Of a stretch of 64,000 nt of DNA, positions 25,759-37,763 are shown in pieces. Numbering within the stretch: the first letter of the stretch is position 1; every line of letters begins with the position of its first letter. The DNA lies in contig NC_042997.1 of the NCBI RefSeq assembly GCF_006345805.1, forward strand, positions 97,278,001 to 97,342,000. Reading direction: 5' to 3'. This stretch comes from Octopus sinensis (taxonomy: Eukaryota). A program made the translations under genes and the position numbers. The notes under the pieces are model-generated. The model had not been told where the DNA came from and made no database searches. It saw nothing but the letters and a program-made list of their open reading frames with translations.

Positions 25759-26099
25759 TATGTGCTGCTTGAAATTCCAACAGAGTTCTGTCCTGGTCTA
25801 GTTTATGGCGAGAGGTGAGATATATGTTCTCTGTAGTGATCTCGAAATCTCTATGTGAATCCTTCAGCTGCCAACAACACTTTGCGACGATTTAGGCGCC
25901 AAACTCCTTAACTAGTGAAAAACAGCGCGAATCTCATGAACATTCGAGATGATGTTCACGACATGGATTCAAGCTGATTTGTCGATAATTTGGTTGTTCA
26001 CATGAAAATGGTACGGTTCATTCATGACAGCGACGAGTAATTTCGTGTATGGGGTTCAAATTCCTACAATAAGTATATAGATGAAAGTATATTCACAAG

Positions 26100-26480
26100 C
26101 AGTGTACTAGATTTGTTGACTCATCATCAGTGATCCATAGATGTCTTCTTTCTCTATATTTTTTGTACAACACTAACATAAAATGGGAGTTGATTTCCAT
26201 AGTAGATATTTTCTCTTTTGCATTCACAAACCAGATAAAGTCGGTTATATTTAAACATGGTTACTACTTTGGACCCACCAATATTCTTTTCATCCATTGG
26301 TCTCCTTTTTTTACTAGTCTCAACTTTAGATTGCTCTGGCTACCATACCATGGGACTACATAATATGCAGAGGAAATTCTCTCACAGTTGATAATGTTTT
26401 CAGTTTGGATTTTGTATTGTTCATTATTGTCAATTAAATGACTCTGTCTTATGTAAAGAAGACACTTGATGTGGATTTCT
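26100..26480 (-). mobile_element. RLE-type (R4/NeSL-like) non-LTR retrotransposon fragment
   Basis: Relic EYWW ... EKEDIYGSL, homologous to the better preserved fragment at 56.3-56.8 kb (EKEDIYGPL). Confidence 0.55.
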
Positions 26481-26963
26481 TGTTCCTTAGGGGGTGTTTA
26501 TAAATTCTCTAGTACTCCATACTAGGGTTTTAGTATCGCTTATTACCTCTAAGGTGTGTGTGTCTCTTTTTAAGTCCCCATGAACTAACGTTTCAGTGAC
26601 CTAGTCTTCTTTTGTTTGCAGAACATATTGCTTCAGTATTACAAGCCTATAATAATACAGATTTAAGACCGTAACTGCCGTCAATGCGTTATAAACACTA
26701 TAATTGGTGTACATACATTTTAATAATTTTAATAATTTCTTCCCTTTTCTCTCTTTAAGAATCTATCATATCAATTTTTTTCCAAAGCACTAGTTATTTT
26801 CACCAGAATGTAAAGAATGTACATATTGTCAAGCGGTTCATCTACCAAAACGCACATTAGGACCCATTCAATTTCATATGTATGTATAGAGAAATGATGC
26901 AAAATTATGAAAAAGTATATCAGCAGTAATTAAGAGCTCGAATAAATAACGTATATTCAAACA

Positions 26964-27305
26964 CTAGCAGTATCGCCCGGCGTTGCTCAGGTTTGTAAGG
27001 GAAATAACTATAAAGCATAAAAAAATTATGGTAAATTTTTTTTTGATAGTTAAAAAAGGTGGAGTCCCCTACACAGTTTGTGGTTTGTGTTCCTGATTCT
27101 CGACCCCATGTCGAATTTATCGATTTTTTTCAGAACTGGGGGAACTTTTCAAAATTTTCGCTGCGTTAGTTTTGAATTATGACATTGGGCTATGTGTGTG
27201 TCAAGTTTCATCAGAATCGGTTGAAAGCCGTGGTCAGGGTGAGGGTACAAGCAAACAGACACACAGAAACACGCACAGACAAACTGCCGTTTATATATAG
27301 AGAGA
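26964..27305 (-). mobile_element. Non-autonomous Helitron, 342 bp
   Basis: On the minus strand A|TCTCTCTATATATAAACGG ... CCTGAGCAACGCCGGGCGATACTGCTAG|T: 5' TC, 3' GC-rich hairpin plus CTAG, inserted between A and T with no TSD. Confidence 0.85.
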
Positions 27306-28354
27306 TCAATGCGTAATATAATGCAGTATGGATTATATATGGAAATTGATTCGGAGACTGAAAATGCACCTAGGTCTTAAAACGAATTTTAGGGGTTTTT
27401 AATTGCCATTCCAATCTTAACATAGTGATTTTTTTTTCTGTGTGTGCGGTTTTTTTTTTGTTTGTTTGTTTGTTTTGGTTAAATAAATAATAAAAAAGGT
27501 AAGATGAAAGCTTTAAAGAAAGAGAATTCACAAGAATTTGCATGGCAATAAAACGCTCATAAATTAATCGTTCAATAGGTTTCTAAGCAAAATTGCATGA
27601 TGAAAATTAAAGTGTTCAAAAAGTTTCACAGCCATAAGAAATGATGGAAGTTCAAATGTTCGATAACTTTTATTGCATCATGATAATAATTTGAAAGTTC
27701 AATAAGTTTCATAGCAATAAACTACATTAGCAATTAGACGAGACGAAGATTTTAAAGTATACGAAAAAGAAACTTTTACTTGCTCTTTTGTGTTGTGCGA
27801 AACAGAATTGTTAATCGTTTGTTAAACTAGTTTGAATGTGCTGACGTTACCTTATATATGTGAGCTTTAAGACATAGATTCAAATCCTGATTGGTTACTT
27901 AGTCAAAAACGTCACTTGTTTAGTCACAGGCAATACTTGACTGTCACAAGAAATCGAAATGTTGTTGCTTAGATCCAGATAAATCCAGACTGGGAAGATC
28001 TTTAATTGAATATAACCCAGTTATCACCATTCTGTCTTCTTTTTCTAAACGTTATGTGCCATGGACTACGCTATCCAACGTGCTCTTCTGTTTTTAAAGA
28101 TTTGGCTGCCATTTGTCGAGCGGTGACATAAAAGCTTTCACATTAACTCATGAGTAGTTGTTGTTATGATTACTACTACTTAGCCCTAAGTTTTCCTTAA
28201 CTGAACAGACCTATGATCAACAACATTCCAGTCCTGACCATCCTGTTTTATTTTCTGGCATAGTGTATCTGGAAATACGTTATGCAATAAGTTAAGGACA
28301 ACAATATAAGACGAGAGAAAATTAAAATTTGTAAGAAATTCGGATTATTTATAA

Positions 28355-28618
28355 CTGTGGTTCTTTACCGGAGTCCATACGGCCTTTAGATGTCCATATA
28401 AGATTTTGTTGTTAAAAATTATCTGCAATAAATTGTTCATAGTTATACAATACACAAAATATTAAAAAAAAATTTATACAATTCCTTATGATATTTAATT
28501 ATAAATATATAATAGGATTAATTATTTTATATATATATATCGTGTGGATATGGAGGTCCAGAAGAGTAAAATAGGAATCAAAGGGGTCCATAGGAAGAAA
28601 AATGGTTGAGAACCAGTG
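28355..28618. mobile_element. hAT-type MITE (related copy 53136-53476)
   Basis: Ends resemble CAGTGGTTCTCAACC (ctgtggttctttacc / ggttgagaaccagtg) with repeated ggtccata subterminal motifs shared with the 53.1-53.5 kb copy. Confidence 0.65.
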
Positions 28619-30327
28619 ATTTATAAGAAACAGAAGTAAACATAGAATTAAATAAAAACATAACCAGCCAAACTAAGTAAGTCTAAATATTTCTATTAAT
28701 AATAGATTGAATATTAATTGAAGTAAAAGAAAAAAAGGAAAAAGTAAAAGAAACTTATGGCATAGTTTATAGTAGTGTTTCTCATGCGCTAGGGGTGTAA
28801 GAATTGAAAGGGACTAGCACCGCAGCTCGGATAGGGCTGTCTTTCCTTGGCGAAGTTTTTGTACCTGCTGTATAAGTTTGTATAGGAAGTGGGGTGGAAA
28901 CTCAATGGCTGCTCCGGCCAGCACAAATTCTAATTACACCACTGAAAGGGGGGGATCAAATTATTATGTTTAATAAAATTAGATGGTTTTAAACTTTTTT
29001 AAACTGGCCCCTGATCATGGCGAAAAATACACGAATTATATGAATGTAAACTCCGGTTTGTCTTCCCATTAATAAAGTTGCGATGGTAGGCAAAAAATAC
29101 TAGTAAGTATTTCGGGTGGGGCCTGGTATTTAGAGTACACTAGCCTCAATCTGATATAGACAGGCTGTATTTACCAGGCATCCAAGGAAGAGAAGATACA
29201 ATCATACAAATAAAGAGTCGCTATTAAATATATTTTGATAGAACTTATAGGCACCACCTAATATAAAATAAGAAATAAAGATAAATTCTTCAAATTAATT
29301 GGGGTGTGCGGTAAAAGTGGATAGTAAAAAACTATTTTCTATAGATAAGGAGGCAATTATGTACAGTACACAGGATAAGAAAACCACACCAGCTGACAAA
29401 GCAAGGGGAAAAATACGGATTAAAACAAAGACTTGTAGATATATTTATAAAGAGGTGGAAACATAAGCCCCCTTTACGGTCAGTATCTCGCAAAACATGA
29501 CAGAAGTGTGGTAAATATCAAAAGAATTCAAAAATAGCATGTCAGTACTGATATAAAAACTGGAACAAAAGGTTTCACATGGTTATGAAGTTCGCTTGGC
29601 AATGACATAGTTCTGGGTTCAATCCCATTGCGTGTCCTGGTTCTTTGTTCAATCCATTAGGCAGGTGTCCTCTACCATAGTGTCGGTTCAGTCTAAGCCT
29701 TCTGAGAGAAAATCAATAAGCAAAATTTTCGATGTATTTTTTTTTTTTGTTCTTCAGTCCAGCACTGTGTTTCTCATAGGATGAGGAACTCTAAGAAGAT
29801 TGAAAAAGAGGAGGACAAATTGCTGTGTTTAATATATTAAGATGGTTTTAAATTTATCCAACAACATAGCGAAGAAATAGGTATTATATGGATGCAAATT
29901 CTGTTTTACCTTTTCGTCAATAAGGGCGTTTGGGCAAAATGTTTCAGATATCTAGGGATAGATTTGTATATGTAAGTTTAAGAACTTCTCGTTTAAAACC
30001 ACTACCCAACACTTGAGTGTCTTAAGCATCCACACTGATACAAGATTTTGGACGAAGTCTCCAATGAAAAAATAATTCTATATTTTGATACTCTTATTCC
30101 TATTGCAGTTACCCATATGCGAGATGCGGTTTATTCTTCCTTTGACCCCCACCAGCTTAGGAAACTCTGCTAAAAGAATTATAAATTCTGTTTTCCTTCT
30201 GTGACTAAACCATAAAAAAACGCTTACCGACCAGAAATTATCTGAAAAGTATCATAAACTAAGAGCAAATTATGCAGTAATCACCAGTAAACAATTGACC
30301 ACATAGTCTTAAAAAGTTTAAATATTC

Positions 30328-30797
30328 ACTCCAGTAATTTGAAAATTACTGGAGTCCATTGCTCTACTCATAGCGACGTATAACTAGCCGTGTGTAAACG
30401 TCGGAGTGGGTAGAGAAATACACCTACATGATCTAAAGTCTGGCTCTGTGCCTTGTTTGCTGTGAATACGCGAGCGGAATCTTTAGGAATTTGCCCGTCT
30501 ACGATGGGAAATAAAGGGACAGTATCGCAAATTTAAACCCTCTAAATTCACGAACTATACGGGTGGTGGTGGTGGAGGATCCAGACTTAATCCTCGTTGC
30601 CGGAATTTTAACAAGAAAAAAATCAAAGGTGATTTATTGATACAAACTCAATATCCACTAAATAATCATACTTTTTCACATGTTTTCCTGATTACTGCCT
30701 TCGTAATCCCGAAAGACATCGTAACCATTGGTTCAGCCGTTTGACTGTGAAGAGGAAACAGACAGACAGATGGACATAACGCCCATTATAGTAAGAT
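30328..30797. mobile_element. Putative Helentron/DINE-1-like non-autonomous element (related copy about 20548-21050)
   Basis: 12-bp stem-loop actccagtaatt/aattactggagt, second hairpin ttgct..agcga, (CAGA)n near the other end followed by a T run; about 150 bp clearly shared with 20550-20690. Confidence 0.45.
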
Positions 30798-31254
30798 TTT
30801 TTTTTCCTTCTTTCTTCAAATTTTCTTCCGTTTCTCGCCGAGTATTTTCCGTACACCTTGGGCAGAGAAACTCATTGTATGCATTCTCAGATTACACACG
30901 CAAATTCACAGGTAAAATATGTATTTAAAAAATTAATAAATAAATAAATAAATTCATGAATGGATGTTATTTTCACAGCGATAAAGCTCTTCTCAGTACA
31001 TGAACCGTTCCAGTTAACACGATTTTTTGCACTTCCTGTAGGGATGGTAAGCCTGGTATCATTTTCAAATAGGTTTCAGTACCTTTTTTTGGCCTTGAGA
31101 TGCCACATTTTTTCAATTTCTATTAGCAAGTCTTTATATTTACTGATCTTGTCAAATTCTTTCGCCGCTATATTGTGATCGCAAGGAATACTCATGTCAA
31201 TTAATAAACACAGCTTTTTACCTGATCTTTTATAATAATATCCAGTTTATTTAT

Positions 31255-31275
31255 TATTATTGTTATTATTATTAA

Positions 31276-31322
<47 letters not shown>

Positions 31323-32090
31323 GTTTGTCCGTGATTGTCAACGATGACCAAGGTCAGCACGTAAAAGAAGATGGATCGCGATGTGTCCAGCTGTGGTCGA
31401 TAAATGCAGTTCGGTGCGTGGTTAGACGGCTTTGTCGTTGAACGAGTAGTAGTGGTCTACTAAGCCTGAAGGCAAGGATCTGACTGTGAAGTTATGCAGT
31501 TCACATTTCCTTTGTGCTTCTGCAATCCTGTTTTCGTAGGAGATGGCAGCTCTGTTGGTGCAGCTCTGTTGGTGCAGCTTCGCCAGGTAGGGCGATCCTG
31601 TGCTTGTATTTCCCAGGAATCGGGGTTGATTTCAAAGCAATTCAATGAGGCTTTGAGAAGATCATTGAATCGCCTTTTTTGTCCACCTGGTGTGCTCTTA
31701 CCTTCCGCAGGTTCATTGTAAAACAGTCTTTTGGAGAGTCGTGTGTCAGGCATTCGAGAAAGATGGCCTGCCCACCCGACTTGCGCTCTCCTTAGCAGTG
31801 TGTAAATGTTTGGCAGATCAGCTCGAGAAAGAACCTGTGTTTCTAGGACCTTGTCTTGCCAGATGATTTTCAACAGCTCCTTCAGGAACTTCATGTGGAA
31901 GCGCTTTAGCCTTTTCGCGTGGCGTTCGTAAACTGCCCCAGTCTTGCAGGCATACAGTAGTGTAGGCAGTACAACTCCTTGGTACACCTTCAACTCGGTG
32001 GCCAGACTAATGCCTCTCCTCTCCCACACTGATTCACGTAGCAGCCCTGATGCTGAGCTTCCCTTCGCGATGCGTGTCCTATGAAGAGCC
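31255..32090 (-). mobile_element. RTE (BovB-like) LINE, 5'-truncated, with (TAA)n tail
   Basis: RIAK.SSA.G.LR..VW..RGI...T.LKVY..VVLPTLLYAC.T ... RAQV.WAGHL.RMPD.RL.KRLFY.E...GKSTPGGQKRRF.D.LK; (ATT)n at 31250-31320. Confidence 0.9.
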
Positions 32091-32232
32091 ACTCTAATGT
32101 CTAAAACCACAAATATTACGATAATTTTCACTTCGAATTTTGCGTAAATTGGCGTTGCAAGCAGAAACGGTACAGAAACAATTGTAACTGATCAGTAAAG
32201 ACGTGTTAAAGTATTTCTTTGTCTTATTAGTT

Positions 32233-32262
<30 letters not shown>

Positions 32263-32267
<5 letters not shown>

Positions 32268-33560
32268 GGTAGGATTCGTGACAGACGAACTGAAAGCAGA
32301 AACTTCGCTGCGGACTATCTAGGAAGTTTGTCAGCAGTAAAACAAAAAGGACTTTCGGTAGGAGAAGGAAAACAAGAATGTCAACAGTGAGTGTGAAACG
32401 AATCTGAGTGAACTAAACAGAAATAACTGACGACTTAAGCCCTGAACCTTTGATAAATGTATTCTCGTCTCCACCAGTTTGTTTGTGTATAGCTTAACAA
32501 AGCTATAACTGGTGGCCCCGACTATAGAACAACAGCTCCCGCTACCTAAACAAACATGACTAGCAACAAAACAACACTGAGGCTACCACAATTCTGGCCA
32601 AAGAGGGCTGAACTGTAGTTCGCGCAGGCGGAAGCTCAATTCAATATAAACAAGGTTAAACGGTTGACCAAACGACGTACTCGCACGTTGTGGCGGCACT
32701 ACACGAAGACACGGCAACGAGGGTGCTGGATATTTTAACCCATCCCCCACCAACGAAAAGATACGCCATATTGAAAGATAGGCTAGTGGATACATTCCGA
32801 CGCAGTGAAAGAGAAGCGGCAACCAAGATACAGGAGGAAGAATTAGGCGATTCCAAACCTTCGGAACTGATGGAGAAGATGTTTCATTAGTCCCTCCACT
32901 CCACTGGTGAGTCATTTCCCTTTTTGTTTAAAGAAATATTCCTCTACCTGGCGCAAGAAAGTTTTCGACATCATTCACGGACTTTCCCACCCAGGTACTA
33001 AAGCCACACGGCGGCTACTGTGAAGCAAATTTATCTGGCACGGTATGGCCAAGCAAATCGGGGGCTGGACCAGGTCCTGCAGCGCCTGTCAACAAGCCAA
33101 CGTCTATCAACACACCAAAGCACCCATCGGCAACTATGAACCACCTCAGGCCCAATTCAGACATGACATATCAAGATCGACCTTGACGAGGGTTGCTCGT
33201 ATCTATTGACCTTGGTAGATCGCTACACCCGTTGGCCTGAAGCTATCCCTCTCCGCAGCACGGAAACGCAAGAAGTCGGCCGAGCCTTCATCGTAGACTG
33301 GGTCGCCCATTTCAGTGTCCCAGATAGCATCTCATCCGATCGGGGTCCACAATTCACCTCAAAGCTATGGAATAACCTGTGTGATCTTTTCGGAACCACA
33401 ATGAAACACACAACAGCCTACCACCCACAGGCCAACGGATTAGTGGAGAGATTTCACCGCGGCCAGAAGGAATCCTTGACAATCAGACTTAACGGGCCAA
33501 ATAGGATTGACCAACTCCCATGGGTGATGCTCCACTAAGGAGGGAGCTGATTTCCAACAA
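32263..33560 (+). mobile_element. Gypsy LTR retrotransposon relic: putative 5' LTR, PBS, gag and integrase; RT deleted
   Basis: PBS-like tggtggccccg 32510-20; gag LPQFWPKRAEL.FAQAEAQF and LGDSKPSELM; integrase HPGTKAT..C..CQ, VDRYTRWPEA, SDRGPQFTS, TTAYHPQANGLVERFH. Confidence 0.9.
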
Positions 33561-33931
33561 AGACACAAGGATCCGTCTTTGAGACGTAGTTAACACATTT
33601 GGAACTTGAGAAAAGTCTTACATATTTTTACTGTTCCACTCACAGATTACACTATGTATGTATGTATGTATGTAGTAAAACCAAAAAAAAAAGAACAAAA
33701 AAAAAACAACAACGCGCTTGGAAGTGGAACATGTAAAGTATTAGCAGACGCTCAGGGAAGGAAAGAAAGATGGTTTGAGCAACGCTCTTCTTCAGAAGCA
33801 GAGGAAAGTCCAATAGAAAGGAAGACGGAGGAAGAAAATCGCCAACGATCCACATGTGGTTACATTATGTATGTATTTATGTATGAATGCATGTATACAT
33901 ACATACATACATACATACATACATACATACA

Positions 33932-33962
<31 letters not shown>

Positions 33963-35332
33963 GTATATGTGTGTGCATATACGCGTGTGCACGTGCGTGC
34001 GTGTGTGTCGTGAGTTGGCTTGACATCGTGAGATAGTTGTAAACAAGTGTTATTGTCATACAATGGAGTCATTCAATTCGAGTCTGCCGTGAAAACATGT
34101 CCTGGACATGAGGAAATATTACCTTACTCAGAAACAGGTTAAGATTGGCAACATGAAAGGCATTCAGTCGTAGAATATCTGGGTCAACAAATTCCGTCCA
34201 ATCCATGCAAGCTTTTAAAAATAGACGTTAAAACGACAACGACGATGATTATTATTCTAAATGTCTCCTACTCGTTTCCACCGTGGTCGACTTTGCCTTT
34301 CATCCTTTCGGGGTCGATTAAATAAGTACCAGTTACGCACTGGAGTCGATGTAATCGACTTAATCCCTTTGTCTGTCCTTGTTTGTCCCCTCTGTATTTA
34401 GCCCCTTGTAGTAGTAAAGCAAAAAAAAAATGTCTCCTACCCTTTCCTCAGCAGTCTGTTGATTATCTGACCGTTTTTTTTTTTTTTGTTTTTTACCCCT
34501 CTATCCCCATAGCGATCTTTCTCTCACTCTTCCCCCTATCTGTCTCACTTTTTATCTCCCTCTCTATGCCCCTCACTGTCCTTGTTACTCTCCCCTCTTT
34601 CCTCGTGTCTCCCACTTCTGCTTACACCGCTTCTCTGTCAACCAATATGTAGCACTTGGTAATACACAACCAAAATAACTGATAAAAAGAATAACACAGA
34701 AGAACAAAGGCTTAACACAAAAGCTATTATTTAAATATAAAAGAGGATGTAAAGAAAATAATTTTAAAATGAAAAACTAGAAAGCATCAGTAGCCAAAAA
34801 GAAACAAACAGTACAACAAAAGGAAGAGGTCATATTACAATTTGTAAAAAAAAAAAAAGGGGGAAAATGAAAATAATACCATAAAATTTAATTAACCTGT
34901 CCAGTAGCTAAAAGGTTGTATACGTTATGAAGGAGAAGGATGTCATAGTGGTTAAAAGTAAGGAGGTTCTAGATATCAAAATAAGCTAATCTGTAAGACA
35001 AAATATAAACCAGACAGATGTTGTAGTTGTTGCTGTTGTTGTTGTCATCGTCGTCGTGTCAGGTCAGCCCAGATCAAGTAGACCTATGATCAAAGGTGTT
35101 CCAGCTATGACCTCAACCTGACTTCAGTCTTTTTATTGATTTTTATTTCTTTATATATTTATTAGTTTGTTTTTTAGATAATATATGTAAAAAAACACAT
35201 TACCAAGCATGTACTTCCGGTGAAGGGCGGAGGATGGAGGTGGAGGTTAAGATAGTACGATGTGATGGGGGAGAGCTTTCGTTGATATTTTTAGCAGGTC
35301 AAGTAGCCATGTAAAATCAGGGTTGCCAAAAA

Positions 35333-35545
35333 TCTATATATATATAAAGCTGAAGTTGTCTGTGTATGGCAGGTTTGGTAGCCTTCAACTAACACTATCT
35401 CCTCCGAGACCCTGCGGCGCAAGTTGACCAAAATTGAGAGTATGATAGAAGAAGGCTTGCTCTCCCTTCCGTAGAAGAAAAAATTCAAATCGGCCCATGT
35501 TAACACCAAAAATTATTTACATCAAAAAGGTGCTTTTTTTTTTCT
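35333..35545 (+). mobile_element. Helitron 5' fragment inserted just inside the hAT TIR
   Basis: A|TCTATATATATATAAAGCTGAAGTTGTCTG resembles the 5' end of the Helitron at 27305; no 3' CTAG end found. Confidence 0.6.
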
Positions 35546-36139
35546 ATGAAAGTTCCTATCAATTCCGTACAAGTCCACATCATCTTCATTCACTCCTTCA
35601 ATGGTGATAGACACATTTTCTTCCTTTTTGAAGTTAAATCTACTCGTATATCTACAATAACAAAACCCATCCACGGCATCTCTAATAAGTATAGCGTTCG
35701 GCTCCCAAGAAATGCATGACGCTCCCTTTCTTGTAATTACTTGTTAGTGAACTTTGACTTTGTGCAATTTACTTGGGAAAATATGCACTCCACGCATGCT
35801 GATGAATGAGGTAACGCCGTCAAATTAGTCATGAATTTTGACAGCCTCTCAAATTTAGTGTGGTCAAGCCAGTCTTTAAGATTGCGTATGGAATACCAGA
35901 ATTCAGGGATGCTTTTTGAGGAAACAAGAATATCTTTGACAGCAATAATAATTCTCTAAATGAGATATAGACAGTGACTGCTCCATAATATAAGGGACAT
36001 TAGCCAACTGAATATGGCTAGGGACAGCGCAGGGTGGTGGGGGTGTCACTGTTGCATTTAGCCCCAGGCGAACATCAACGTCACCAGATAGGCCGACGCC
36101 ATCACGGCGTCCTCTATCTTGCAAAGGGAGATCATTCCC

Positions 36140-36218
36140 CAAGAAGCGGATGCCACACACGGACCTAGGTTTCAAGGTGTATTGCCTATTATCAACGTGT
36201 GGTAGGCACCGCTTCTCG
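36140..36218 (-). ncRNA. Type I hammerhead ribozyme, inverted copy
   Basis: Exact reverse complement of 36366-36444. Confidence 0.82.
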
Positions 36219-36365
36219 ACGAACGACACACCGTGCAAGATATATATAAAGATTTTCAAGTAAATACATTTACTGATTTCGAAAATCTGTTCGACAGCAA
36301 TAATAATTCTCTAAATGAGATATAGACAGTGACTGCTCCATTATCTTGCACGGTGTGTCGTTCGT

Positions 36366-36444
36366 CGAGAAGCGGTGCCTACCACACGTTGATAATAGGC
36401 AATACACCTTGAAACCTAGGTCCGTGTGTGGCATCCGCTTCTTG
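36366..36444 (+). ncRNA. Type I hammerhead ribozyme with U3-A8 core
   Basis: CGAGAAGCGG TGCC TAC CACACG TTGATAA T AGG CAATACA CCT T GAAA CCTAGG T C CGTGTG T GGCA T CCGCTTCTTG: stem I 6+4+10 bp, 3-bp stem II, palindromic stem III, GUC triplet, predicted cut after 36422. Confidence 0.82.
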
Positions 36445-36720
36445 GGGAATGATCTCCCTTTGCAAGATAGAGGACGCCGTGATGGCGTCGGCCTATCTGG
36501 TGACGTTGATGTTCGCCTGGGGCTAAATGCAACAGTGACACCCCCACCACCCTGCCCTGTCCCTAACCATATTCAGTTGGCTAATGTCCCTTATATTATG
36601 GAGCAGTCACTGTCTATATCTCATTTAGAGAATTATTATTGCTGTCGAACAGATTTTCGAAATCAGTAAATGTATTTACTTGAAAATCTTTATATATATC
36701 TTGCACGGTGTGTTGTTCGT

Positions 36721-36799
36721 CGAGAAGCGGTGCCTACCACACGTTGATAATAGGCAATACACCTTGAAACCTAGGTCCGTGTGTGGCATCCGCTTCTTG
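36721..36799 (+). ncRNA. Type I hammerhead ribozyme, tandem copy
   Basis: Identical to 36366-36444, offset 355; predicted cut after 36777. Confidence 0.82.
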
Positions 36800-37763
36800 G
36801 GGAATGATCTCCCTTTGCAAGATAGAGGACGCCGTGATGGCGTCGGCCTATCTGGTGACGTTGATGTTCGCCTGGGGCTAAATGCAACAGTGACACCCCC
36901 ACCACCCTGCCCTGTCCCTAGCCATATTCAGTTGGCTAATGTCCCTTATATTATTAAGAATATCTTTATATTGCCGAAATAATCTCCACTCACTGTCTAG
37001 TTCATCAAGTGTGTTTTCTGGTGCAATTGCTGGAAAGTTTAATGCCAAGGGAATTATAGACTGAGGAGAGTTAGTGAGATCGCGTGCTACTTTTGGATCA
37101 AGTATTTCTAAGAGGGCAAACTACTCCAGCTTCATCGAGAGGAAAGCGCATTTCTATTTGAGAGCATAATTCTATTTTAAAATGTTTGCAATCAGTTTTG
37201 AATCTAGCTGAGTCACCAACGATGGGGTTTTGTTCGAGATATCTCATTGCGCATCCATCGAGGTAAATGTCACTCATATCTTTGTGGTTTGTTGTATTAT
37301 TAAGATCAATATCTGATCATTTAGATACAGCTAAACCATTCTCATTTATAAAGCAACTAAGGATATTTTTATATTCACTGGATATAAGTATATGCAACAG
37401 ATGCTATCAAAAGTGTTCCGATTGAAACTCGACATCAAGAGCATTTACTTTTTTTAATATATAATGTAAGAGCAGCACGTGCTTCATCCCTTTGTTAATC
37501 ATTATTTCATAGATCCTTTTTTGGTCTGTACACTTTTTCTACTTTAACCACTGACTGAAAATAAAGTACAGGGGCATCCCACTATTCAATTATAACATTA
37601 ATTACATTTTCACGTGATAACCATCTAATTTGCAAAAGCTTTGGAATCTTGTTTTCTTTTGTGCCAACAATACTCTCTATCATATTGAAGTCATTTTGAC
37701 GTTTGCTGCTTCAAGAAAAGCAAAAAGTTAAGTCCTTTAAAAAGGACTCGAGATACGAAGGTA

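Larger units (their letters stand above)
35938..36955. mobile_element. Retrozyme-like concatemer of a 355-bp unit, first 404 bp inverted, flanked by a 12-bp TSD
   Basis: Period 355 in both orientations (35938/36293; 36345/36700); AAGAATATCTTT at 35926-37 and 36956-67; three identical hammerhead motifs. Confidence 0.88.

Noticed and set aside
36520-36595. HDV-like ribozyme fold in the 355-bp unit (GCTAAT after a hairpin)
   Set aside because: No GG for P1.1 and no consistent P1/P3 pairing could be built.
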